A stretch of 40,000 nucleotides of DNA, from assembly GCF_037269235.1 (NCBI RefSeq), contig NZ_CP147535.1; one strand, given 5' to 3'. This DNA is from Escherichia coli (lineage in GTDB: Bacteria; Pseudomonadota; Gammaproteobacteria; Enterobacterales; Enterobacteriaceae). Made by a program: the position numbers and the translations under genes. This document shows, piece by piece, positions 28,792 through 36,760 of the stretch. The notes beneath the pieces were generated by a model. That model saw only the letters and a list, made by a program, of their open reading frames with translations, had not been told where the DNA came from and did no database searches. The stretch's first letter is position 1. Each line of letters begins with the position of its first letter.

Positions 28792-30168
28792 TTATCGCAT
28801 ACAAATTCTCGTTAGTTGCTTTAGTTTCAAAATGTTGTCAATTATCACTCGATGGCTTTCACTCGAAGTTTCTTTATAGTAGAGTTTCATGTTGCTTTTG
28901 AGCGGGTTAGGCACATACATATCTACACACTCTTTTATCACAACTGCTTTTCGTCTTCTGGGTTCGAGTTGTAGTGATTTGTCTATACAAATCCTTGCCT
29001 CTTCAATTCTTTCATTATGAAAATTGACAAGTGCTCTATAGTAGTAGAGAGAGGCTATATCAGTTGTGTGTATCTTAGCCTGTTCAAATAAGATATGAGA
29101 TACTTTTGCCTGTCCAGACAGACCAGTTATCAGTCCCATAATAGCTAAAATTTTTCCATCGACATTGGTTATGTCTGATACATAATGTAAAAGCTCTAAT
29201 GCTTTTTGAGCAGCAAGTTCAAGTTCATACTTTCCATGAAGTGCCAAAGACATATGGCATTCCGCTAGCAGACAATAACATTCTATTTTTAGCGTCTGTA
29301 TATCACTTTTATTTTGTAATCCATCAAATATAGCCATAGCCCTGTAAATGCTTTCAGGAGTAAACTCGTAAAGTTCTTTCTTACCAGCCAACAGTTCATC
29401 TGATAAATAATGATTCTTGTAACCTTGGTTCGGTTTAGCTAATCTTACAGAACGCTCTGGATTATGTACCGTTTGAAGGATATTATCTATAATAAATTGT
29501 GATGTGTTATGTAGTTCATCAACAGGAAGATGATTACTGGCGATGAGGAAAAGATTTTTAGCGTCGATCAGTTCAATGTATAAAGTTTTCACCGCGTTAT
29601 TCTGATTTATTCTTCCTGTAACGAAATAATCTGGCTTGAATCTTCTCAAAAATGAATTTTGCGATATGTGATCATTACAAAAATTTGTCGCAGCCATCGG
29701 ATAGGTATAAAGGCCATCGATTTTTTTATCCGAAATGTTTTGCACTAATTCCTGATTAAGTATTAATGGATCCAGGGTATTCAATGAAGTGGTGAAAGGA
29801 AATATAGCTATGGAATAGTCTGAAGTGTTATCTTCATTTATTTTAGTTTTGAAAACCTGTCCACTGAAACGATAACCTTTCCGGTAGATTGTTTCTATGC
29901 AACGATCATAGCCAATTTTTTCAAAAATGCAGCGCAAAGAATAGATACATCTTGTCAGGGACTCATCACTTACAATAATATTTTTCCATACTGATTCGAT
30001 GATCATATCTTTCAGGACAACATGACCAGCGGATTCAAGTAATACGATCAATACTCCTAACTCTTTCGGTGGAATATAAATCTGCTCATTTCCTTGAGTA
30101 AGAATTCCATCTTCCGTGAGCGTTAATCCCTCAAGAAAATGATATGAGAATTTATTTTCTAAGTCCAT
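28792..30168 (-). CDS. ygeH: HilA-like transcriptional regulator (OmpR/ToxR-type winged helix plus TPR-like region)
   Basis: 458 aa. N-terminal wHTH ([49 protein letters not shown]...YRKGYRF) and a C-terminal helical-repeat region. Confidence 0.85.
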   Translation of the reverse strand: MDLENKFSYHFLEGLTLTEDGILTQGNEQIYIPPKELGVLIVLLESAGHVVLKDMIIESVWKNIIVSDESLTRCIYSLRCIFEKIGYDRCIETIYRKGYRFSGQVFKTKINEDNTSDYSIAIFPFTTSLNTLDPLILNQELVQNISDKKIDGLYTYPMAATNFCNDHISQNSFLRRFKPDYFVTGRINQNNAVKTLYIELIDAKNLFLIASNHLPVDELHNTSQFIIDNILQTVHNPERSVRLAKPNQGYKNHYLSDELLAGKKELYEFTPESIYRAMAIFDGLQNKSDIQTLKIECYCLLAECHMSLALHGKYELELAAQKALELLHYVSDITNVDGKILAIMGLITGLSGQAKVSHILFEQAKIHTTDIASLYYYRALVNFHNERIEEARICIDKSLQLEPRRRKAVVIKECVDMYVPNPLKSNMKLYYKETSSESHRVIIDNILKLKQLTRICMR

Positions 30169-30443
30169 TAGTTAACCTCTATGAAAAAATTGGTTTCTTG
30201 CATCCTGCATAAGCAATAGAAATTGTGGCTATTCATATTTATGTGTCATTAATGCTACAGGAGTTTACATTCGACATATCTATGGTTGTGTTCACTAATT
30301 TATCTTAGGAATTCAGTGATGTAATCTGAAATAGCCTTATTCAATTTTGATAAAATAGATTGTTCTCTAACGCGTTGAAAAATAGTAATTTATAGTGTGT
30401 TCTTAACTGTTTTAAGATGTTGATTTAAGAAAACATAAGAGAA

Positions 30444-30477
30444 GCTGGTCATAGTGGTTAACTGCACTATAACCAGC
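30444..30477 (-). terminator. rho-independent terminator downstream of ygeG
   Basis: 13-bp stem gctggtcatagtg / cactataaccagc with one mismatch and an 8-nt loop. On the minus strand it is followed by ttctcttatgttttctt. It lies 26 nt after the ygeG stop. Confidence 0.5.
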
Positions 30478-30502
30478 AATTTTAACCAAATGCTTGTAAT
30501 GC

Positions 30503-30994
30503 TTAGCCATTATCTTCTGAATTATCGGTTAAGAGTTCAATATATGCCTGCGCTTTGCTCTTAACACTTTCATCCTCACAATTGTTAATAATATGATAGA
30601 AACATTGCATTGCGTTATCGATATTTTTAGCCCCAATTTGACATTGACCCATACGATAAATAACTGAATAGTCATCATACGGGGAGTAATTGTAACTTAG
30701 TTTGTAAAGGTCATATGCTTGTTGATATTTCTTTTTTGACTGGCATACTGATGCAAAACCTTTTAGATATTCATGATTTTCGAACGCATAAATGCACAGA
30801 AATTTATAATAAATTTCTGCGTCCGTTATATTACCTTTTTCATGGTAGTCGAATGCACATGCATATATTCTATCAAGGATATCAGGAGTCAATCCATGTA
30901 GTAATGCCAGATTTTCTCCTTGCGATAATGCGTGTTTTAGTTGACTTGCCCATTCATCACTGTTATTGAATATTTCAAGTGTATCTGTGCTCAT
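30503..30994 (-). CDS. ygeG: class II T3SS chaperone, TPR type (SicA/IpgC/LcrH family)
   Basis: The ORF track opens at 31060. ATG 30994 (MSTDTLEIF, 163 aa) follows agagga. YYKFLCIYAFENHEYLKGFASVCQSKKKYQQAYDLY parallels SicA [36 protein letters not shown]. Confidence 0.88.
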   Translation of the reverse strand: MSTDTLEIFNNSDEWASQLKHALSQGENLALLHGLTPDILDRIYACAFDYHEKGNITDAEIYYKFLCIYAFENHEYLKGFASVCQSKKKYQQAYDLYKLSYNYSPYDDYSVIYRMGQCQIGAKNIDNAMQCFYHIINNCEDESVKSKAQAYIELLTDNSEDNG

Positions 30995-31219
30995 AATATT
31001 CCTCTGTGATGTGTTTCGTGATGCTAAATTATTATTGATTGACTCATTAATTTTTTGCATTTATCTTTTTTGAATTATGAGTTTTAAGCTTGCATTGCTT
31101 ATGGGTATATAGGTTCATTATTAGTGAAAATACTGACCACTATAAACCAATAATGTCATTAGTTGTTTTGCTAATATTCACCTTATTAGTTATCTTAATT
31201 ACGACATTTCATAAATGCC

Positions 31220-31711
31220 TTAATGTGCATGGCCTGGATTCATATTATCAATTTCCATTTTTTCGATGAAAATTAAAAAAGGGATTTTTGCGAAGGGTAG
31301 TAAGTCGTCTGGTTTTTTTTCTTTATTATGTCTGGTGACGAGGGGGGATAGAACGTCGGTGCATATAGTCGAGAATTTATTCAGGTCTAAATTATTCTCT
31401 ATTTTGGCCAGTTTTATGAGTTCATTTGTAGCCATACTCATTAAATCATCTGTTATCGGAAATTTATATATGCTCATAGCCGATAATATTGCTTGCTGAA
31501 TTATTTCTTCAGAAATATCCGTTATCTTTATTGACAAATCATGTGTTAGATATTTTCCTCCAAGAGATTCTTGTTCAATATAATTTAAACCAGACCTCAT
31601 CGTAATTTTAACTGGATTCACGTATTTCTCTTCATTTTTCTTATTTTTGTTCTCCTGATCAGGAACTAATGGTTGCAGTGGTAGGCTATTATTAATATTT
31701 CGTGGCTTCAT
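31220..31711 (-). CDS. ygeF: hypothetical protein YgeF (163 aa, intact here)
   Basis: Uninterrupted ORF immediately upstream of the chaperone gene on the same strand. No recognisable motif. The N-terminus is polar and K/N-rich. Confidence 0.6.
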   Translation of the reverse strand: MKPRNINNSLPLQPLVPDQENKNKKNEEKYVNPVKITMRSGLNYIEQESLGGKYLTHDLSIKITDISEEIIQQAILSAMSIYKFPITDDLMSMATNELIKLAKIENNLDLNKFSTICTDVLSPLVTRHNKEKKPDDLLPFAKIPFLIFIEKMEIDNMNPGHAH

Positions 31712-32263
31712 TTTACATTTCTCTCATTTGATTAGAGCAAAATCCGAATTCGCAGCTTCTGATAATGTCAAATATCACCTTTTCTCATGCTTTATTCTAT
31801 CAAAAATCGCTCATTTTTACTTTTTTTACCATAATGTTACTTAGTAGCATCGGCAATTTACATAACTTACATGTTGTTTTTTATATCCTGAAAAAACAGA
31901 TAGATAGTGTGCACACTCGAAATGATATTGGTAACATAAATAGCTTTATTCGTGACAAACATCTCAAAAGATTTCCTTTATTATTTTCGAAATTCATTTG
32001 ATCAAGGTTATCACCTTATGGAGACGTTACGTAGAATGACTATATTTGTTATCGGCACATTAGGGGTATTAAATTTAGTATTGATGGAAGGTGATTATTG
32101 AACAGTAACATCGAGTCACGGTAAAAATGTGAGGTATATAATGGACATTGAGTTTTCGCAGATTCATGAAATGGTCTATATGCATGATATTGTAAATTCG
32201 GACTCGAAAAAGAAACCAAGGATTCCGTTAAAAAAATTCCTTAATGCTGAGAAGGTTCTCACG

Positions 32264-32268
32264 CAAAC
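32264..32268. repeat. IS2 target-site duplication, left copy (CAAAC)
   Basis: The 5 bp directly abutting the IS2 end are identical to 33600-33604. Confidence 0.85.
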
Positions 32269-32279
32269 TGGATTTGCCC

Positions 32280-33185
32280 CTATATTTCCAGACACCTGTT
32301 ATCACTTAACCCATTACTGGCTTGCTGCCGTAGATATTCCCGTGGCGAGCGATAACCCAGTGCACTATGCGGATGCCATTCGTTATAATGCTCGAATGCC
32401 TCTGCAAGGTTCTTTGCTGCCGTTAACCCGTCTGGTTTGGGCATGACACTGATGTAGTCACGCTTTATCGTTTTCACGAAGCTCTCTGCTATGCCGTTAC
32501 TCTCCGGACTCCGCACCGCCGTGTTCTTCGGTTCAAGCCCCAACATCCGGGCAAACTGCCGTGTTTCATTAGCCCGGTAGCATGAACCATTATCCGTCAG
32601 CCACTCTACTGGAGACGCCGGAAGCTCGTTGCCGAAACGGCGTTCCACCGCTCCCAGCATGACGTCCTGTACTGTTTCACTGTTGAAGCCGCCCGTAGTG
32701 ACCGCCCAGTGCAGTGCCTCACGGTCACAGCAGTCCAGCGCGAACGTGACTCGCAGTTTTTCTCCGTTATCACAGCGGAACTCGAACCCGTCAGAGCACC
32801 ATCGCTGATTACTTTCTTTCACAGCCACTCTGCCGGTATGTGCCCGTTTCGATGGCGGTACAGCGGGTTTTCGCTCAAGCAACAGCGCATTCTGGCGCAT
32901 GATCCGGTAAATACGTTTGGCATTGATCGCAGGCATACCATCAAGTTCGGCCTGTCTGCGAAGCAGCGCCCATACCCGACGATAACCATATGTGGGCAGC
33001 TCTCCGATAACATGGTGTATACGGAGAAGCACATCCGTATCATCTGAGTGACGGCTGCGGCGACCATCTTTCCAGTCATCGGTTCGTCTGAGAATGACGT
33101 GCAACTGCGCACGCGACACCCGGAGACAACGGCTGACTAAGCTTACTCCCCATCCCCGGGCAATAAGGGCGCGTGCGCTATCCAC
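32280..33185 (-). CDS. insD: IS2 transposase OrfB (InsD, DDE catalytic domain)
   Basis: 301 aa. rve/DDE integrase-type region (WCSDGFEF...WLTDNGSCY...[18 protein letters not shown]). Confidence 0.95.
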   Translation of the reverse strand: MDSARALIARGWGVSLVSRCLRVSRAQLHVILRRTDDWKDGRRSRHSDDTDVLLRIHHVIGELPTYGYRRVWALLRRQAELDGMPAINAKRIYRIMRQNALLLERKPAVPPSKRAHTGRVAVKESNQRWCSDGFEFRCDNGEKLRVTFALDCCDREALHWAVTTGGFNSETVQDVMLGAVERRFGNELPASPVEWLTDNGSCYRANETRQFARMLGLEPKNTAVRSPESNGIAESFVKTIKRDYISVMPKPDGLTAAKNLAEAFEHYNEWHPHSALGYRSPREYLRQQASNGLSDNRCLEI

Positions 33186-33508
33186 TTTTTTGCACGCCCG
33201 TATTCAACGGCTTCTTTAAGGAGTTCATTTTCCATCGTTTTTTTGCCGAGCAGGCGCTGGAGTTCTTTAATCTGCTTCATGGCGGCAGCAAGTTCAGAGG
33301 CAGGAACGACCTGTTCTCCTGCGACCACAGCAGTAAGACTTCCCTCCTGGTATTGCTTGCGCCAGAGAAATAACTGGCTGGCTGCCACACCGTGTTGCCG
33401 GGCAACAAGGGAGACTGTCATTCCCGGTTCAAAACTCTGCTGAACAATAGCGATCTTTTCCTGTGTAGTACGCCGTCTGCGTTTCTCCGGTCCTAAGACA
33501 TCAATCAT
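33143..33508 (-). CDS. insC: IS2 OrfA (InsC, HTH DNA-binding / regulator)
   Basis: The ORF track opens at 33553. ATG 33508 gives the 121-aa [41 protein letters not shown]... with an HTH and a leucine-zipper-like C-terminus. Confidence 0.93.
   Translation of the reverse strand: MIDVLGPEKRRRRTTQEKIAIVQQSFEPGMTVSLVARQHGVAASQLFLWRKQYQEGSLTAVVAGEQVVPASELAAAMKQIKELQRLLGKKTMENELLKEAVEYGRAKKWIAHAPLLPGDGE
33185..33191 (-). other. IS2 programmed -1 frameshift heptamer A AAA AAG in the insC/insD overlap
   Basis: The minus strand reads gcAAAAAAGtgg within the 43-nt overlap of the two frames. IS3-family OrfAB fusion transposases are made by slippage at such A6G motifs. Confidence 0.7.
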
Positions 33509-33599
33509 CTGCTCTCCAATGACTAGTCTAAAAACTAGTATTAAGACTATCACTTAAATAAGTGATATTGGTTGTCTGGAGATTCAGGGGGCCAGTCTA

Positions 33600-33604
33600 C
33601 AAAC
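33600..33604. repeat. IS2 target-site duplication, right copy (CAAAC)
   Basis: Identical to 32264-32268 and directly abuts the other IS2 terminus. Confidence 0.85.
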
Positions 33605-34050
33605 AACATCATGGGTACTAAATTCAAGATATGTGAATGTTAATTCTGTCAGTAAAGTCAACGTAAAGAGTAAAGTTAAAAACAGTTATATCTCACGATC
33701 TGTCAATGATGAGTTTAGTTTAACAGATGATGAAATCAATTCTCTTAAAGAAACGTTAGTCCTTTCCTCTATTGATTCACTAAGTAAACTGGTTCTTAAT
33801 AATCCTCTTTCTGTATTGTTTACATCGACTGTACGAAGGAATAATAATAGAGCTAAGATGAATGTTGAGTTCGACTCATGGGTTTGCACCAGATGTTGTT
33901 GATACATGATATTTTACATTGCAAGGTGATATCTAAAATGAAAGATGTTGATCAAAACTTTGATGCTTTATACTGGCATATACTACAAGCATATTTAATT
34001 TTATTGTTTTATGATTAACGAGGTTCCATCTTTTTGTTATCTATTTAAGT

Positions 34051-34533
34051 TTACCTTGCACAATGCATTATTGCTCTGTTACCAATGCTCAAAATAAAAG
34101 CATGCTTACCTTGCTTTAGTATATTATAGCTTACACTTTTTTCTGGAAAGACATAAAAATCAGGAATAAGTTCTGCAAGTCTATCATCATCGACTTGATC
34201 CATGATCTCAAATTTATTAACTTTCTTTGATGTTAAATGGGCTGTGTCATAGTTTTCAATCCATGTGTATTCAATATTTCGCCGTATTGATTTACTTTCT
34301 CTGTTACCTTGTTGCCAGGTTCCGCTCAACGCAACAGTTCCTGTTTTATTTTTTTTGTTATACATAAAGTCGATGGTAAGATTTGCTCGCCCCTTGTCAT
34401 TAAAAATTACCCAATTTGCAGTGCATGTTTCATTATATATCATTTTTTCTGCAGTATAAGAGTAAACAATGAAGAGAATAAACCCACTGATAAAAACTAA
34501 AATAAATAATAAGTTTTTTTTATAATCAATCAC
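34051..34533 (-). CDS. yqeJ: N-terminally anchored membrane/periplasmic protein YqeJ (possible ToxS-like partner of YqeI)
   Basis: The ORF track opens at 34545. GTG 34533 (MIDYKKNLLFILVFISGFILFIV, 160 aa) follows gagg by 7 nt. One N-terminal TM segment. GTGATTGA overlap with the yqeI stop. Confidence 0.8.
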   Translation of the reverse strand: MIDYKKNLLFILVFISGFILFIVYSYTAEKMIYNETCTANWVIFNDKGRANLTIDFMYNKKNKTGTVALSGTWQQGNRESKSIRRNIEYTWIENYDTAHLTSKKVNKFEIMDQVDDDRLAELIPDFYVFPEKSVSYNILKQGKHAFILSIGNRAIMHCAR

Positions 34534-35335
34534 GATTAACCTCACGGTAAGACAGGGTTAAACAGCCTGCCACTTCATGTTGGTTATAGTTTTTATTGCA
34601 TGCCATAACAATCATCCCTGGTGAGGATTTTGCAAGAGGGAAGTATAACCACGGATATTTTTTACAGTTAATCCCCGAATCCAGTATCCGTGTCTTATAT
34701 TTATCGAACTCTTTCAACCCATCAATTGTATCTTCTGTCACATTAAAATGGCAGCCATTAATTTCCGCAACAGTCTTGTAATCCTTGAAGAATGGTTTCG
34801 GTTGATTATTATTCCATAGCCAATGTGCAGAATATACGCCTATAGCAAATATGCTCAACATAATTAGATAACTTTTTATATGTTTGAGGATTTTGTTATT
34901 GAAATTGTTTGCGCTACCAATGCTCTCTTTGTACCCCGCATTACCTTTTACGGCAGGTGGGGCATTGTGTGTATGTGCGTCTGTTGAAGAGTTTATTGCA
35001 TGATTTTGTATGTTAATGTCATTATGAATCTTGAATCCTCTTCTCGGCACGGTTGCAATAAGCGAGTGGGTGGTATCACCAACAGCGCGAAATCCGCGTC
35101 TGATAATGGATATGTTCTGATATAACGTGTTAGTTGGCACACGCATACCTTCTTCTTCCCAGACTCTGGTGAAAAAATCTTGTTGTGCAACCACATCAGG
35201 AAAAGCTTCAAGTAGAAGTGATAAACAACGACTGGCTGGCGTTGTCAGAACGACGTTAAGATCGGCGTTATGTACCGATATTAATTTTCGGTGCTCAGGC
35301 CAGAACTCGATATTATCGTTAATAATCCAGTACAT
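34526..35335 (-). CDS. yqeI: membrane-bound ToxR/CadC-like transcriptional regulator
   Basis: 269 aa. N-terminal OmpR-type winged helix (LTTPASRCLSLLLEAFPDVVAQQDFFTRVWEEEGMRVPTNTLYQNISIIRRGF...VPRRGFKI), a central TM segment (YLIMLSIFAIGVYSAHWLW), and a Cys-containing C-terminal domain. Confidence 0.85.
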   Translation of the reverse strand: MYWIINDNIEFWPEHRKLISVHNADLNVVLTTPASRCLSLLLEAFPDVVAQQDFFTRVWEEEGMRVPTNTLYQNISIIRRGFRAVGDTTHSLIATVPRRGFKIHNDINIQNHAINSSTDAHTHNAPPAVKGNAGYKESIGSANNFNNKILKHIKSYLIMLSIFAIGVYSAHWLWNNNQPKPFFKDYKTVAEINGCHFNVTEDTIDGLKEFDKYKTRILDSGINCKKYPWLYFPLAKSSPGMIVMACNKNYNQHEVAGCLTLSYREVNRD

Positions 35336-35609
35336 ACGTCAATAGACACTAAATCAATCGAAATGGAAATCACATAGTTTGCTAAGTATATTGGTATTTA
35401 CGGCATAAATATATATTAATTTTATATTTATCATAATGATTGAAATGAGGCTTTAATGTCGCAACGTAAAACTTTACGCAAATTAACATGATTAACATTT
35501 ATGCCACTATTGTTTGTAAATTCATATTTCGTAATGCTTCTGAATTTTTCGTGTGATGGTTTTAAATACCATGTTGTTTACTCTTGGGGTTACTGCTTAT
35601 TTGTAAAAT

Positions 35610-35633
35610 ACGGGCATTTCAATAGATGCCCGT
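35610..35633 (-). terminator. rho-independent terminator downstream of yqeH
   Basis: 8-bp stem acgggcat / atgcccgt with an 8-nt loop. On the minus strand it is followed by attttacaaat. It lies 36 nt after the yqeH stop. Confidence 0.5.
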
Positions 35634-35668
35634 ATAAGCAGAGTATGATTCTGGCAGATTGTTGAGTA

Positions 35669-36301
35669 TCAATGTTGGACCGAATGTGAACGAATAAATA
35701 ATTCGTTTATTTTACCACCCATTCTCTTTTCGATTCGTTGCTTGTACGCGTAGATGCTACGGATATCCATATCCAGAACTTCAGCAATCTGATATGGATT
35801 ATAACCAGAAACCATATACCCCATTATGGTGAATTCCATCTGAGTTAATGTGTTACCTCTGGTAAATGATAAATAACGACCAATAAATAGTTGTCTGATC
35901 TTTTCATTGGCAACATCAAGACCATCATCATTATATATGACAGCAGATATTGCAGAGTTGTGTTTTCGCCAGTAGTTAGCTAACGATTGCATATTGCGGT
36001 CGCTGATTAAAACAATCCCCATGTCAGTACTTGCAAGATAGTCAATCCAGTCTTTTTCAAGGAATAGACGTAAAAAACTTACTGAAAAATCGACAAAAAT
36101 ATATCCGCTTAATCTCGCATTGTGGTTTTTTGTTAAGATACCTTCCACCACACCACGATTAAAATATGAACTTTCTTCGGGCCACATACAAAAACACGAG
36201 TTTGCGCAATACTGCAAACGCGGTGACTCTTCTGGCATTATTTGGCAATGCATTGAGCAACTATTGCATGTAAGACTTTTATAACGACTACAAAGCCCCA
36301 T
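35669..36301 (-). CDS. yqeH: LuxR-type HTH transcriptional regulator YqeH
   Basis: The ORF track opens at 36361. ATG 36301 (MGLCSRYKSL, 210 aa) follows gggagg by 8 nt. C-terminal LuxR HTH is LTQMEFTIMGYMVSGYNPYQIAEVLDMDIRSIYAYKQRIEKRM. The N-terminus is Cys-rich. Confidence 0.85.
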   Translation of the reverse strand: MGLCSRYKSLTCNSCSMHCQIMPEESPRLQYCANSCFCMWPEESSYFNRGVVEGILTKNHNARLSGYIFVDFSVSFLRLFLEKDWIDYLASTDMGIVLISDRNMQSLANYWRKHNSAISAVIYNDDGLDVANEKIRQLFIGRYLSFTRGNTLTQMEFTIMGYMVSGYNPYQIAEVLDMDIRSIYAYKQRIEKRMGGKINELFIRSHSVQH

Positions 36302-36717
36302 GTTAAGAACCTCCCTATCCGTATATAATTGCATAATTTCATTGGTTATTGATGATGTCAATACACCATGATTTTGTAATTTTGCTGGGAAAAATTGCGA
36401 TTAATCTGTATTTGCTATAATTCTGATTAAGACATTTTAAAATGCATTTCTCGTTATTAAATATGATTATGTTTCACTGATTTAATCTTACCTGGTTGAG
36501 GGTGGTTCAGATAACTATCTCATGGTATGAGAATATCTATATCGCAAATTGTTTTTGAATGACCAGAAGATATCTTGCGAATCTAAGTTATGCATCTTAA
36601 ATAGTCTTATTTAAGATGTTCAGATCTCTTTGTGTGCTTAACTAACTGATAATACTAGGATATGACGAGAGAAGTGATAGAGCGGAATAATAACAAATGC
36701 ACATTATGAAAACTGGA

Positions 36718-36748
36718 ATGGTTCAAAATTGAAGCAATTTTGAACCAT
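36718..36748 (-). terminator. rho-independent terminator downstream of yqeG
   Basis: Perfect 13-bp stem atggttcaaaatt / aattttgaaccat with loop gaagc. On the minus strand it is followed by tccagttttc. It begins 13 nt after the yqeG stop. Confidence 0.6.
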
Positions 36749-36760
36749 CCACAACGGATA

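Larger units (their letters stand above)
32269..33599 (-). mobile_element. IS2 (IS3 family), complete 1331-bp copy
   Basis: The termini are tggatttgcccctatatttccagaca... at 32269 and ...tgtctggagattcagggggccagtcta at 33599, forming imperfect inverted repeats that share GCCCC..TCCAGACA..ATCAC. Both transposase frames are intact and a 5-bp direct repeat flanks the element. Confidence 0.95.
32141..33902 (+). pseudogene. yqeK: yqeK interrupted by IS2
   Basis: The N-terminal 42 codons (32141-32268, [42 protein letters not shown]) and the C-terminal part (33600-33902) join in frame once IS2 and one CAAAC copy are removed. The result is a 141-codon ORF (..[26 protein letters not shown]..). Confidence 0.85.
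7586..36400. other. ETT2 (E. coli type III secretion system 2) genomic island inserted next to glyU
   Basis: Composition shifts abruptly to AT-rich immediately after the tRNA 3' end and returns to core-like near yqeG. The content is an SPI-1-like injectisome gene set. The distal boundary is approximate. Confidence 0.85.

Noticed and set aside
30715-32001. Track ORFs 30715-30969 (+), 31266-31499 (+) and 31765-32001 (+)
   Set aside because: The first two are antisense to ygeG and ygeF. The third lies in an AT-rich intergenic stretch, has a low-complexity hydrophobic sequence and lacks an SD. I treat all three as noise.
32129-32446. 105-aa ORF listed in the track as a single protein
   Set aside because: It is a chimera. 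Its first part is the yqeK N-terminus (about 42 codons from the ATG at 32141), and the rest is read-through into the IS2 terminal repeat and the antisense of insD.
32709-33443. ORFs in other frames or antisense inside IS2 (32709-33047, 32819-33112, 33173-33373, 33243-33443)
   Set aside because: The IS2 coding capacity is fully explained by insC and insD on the minus strand. These are shadow frames.
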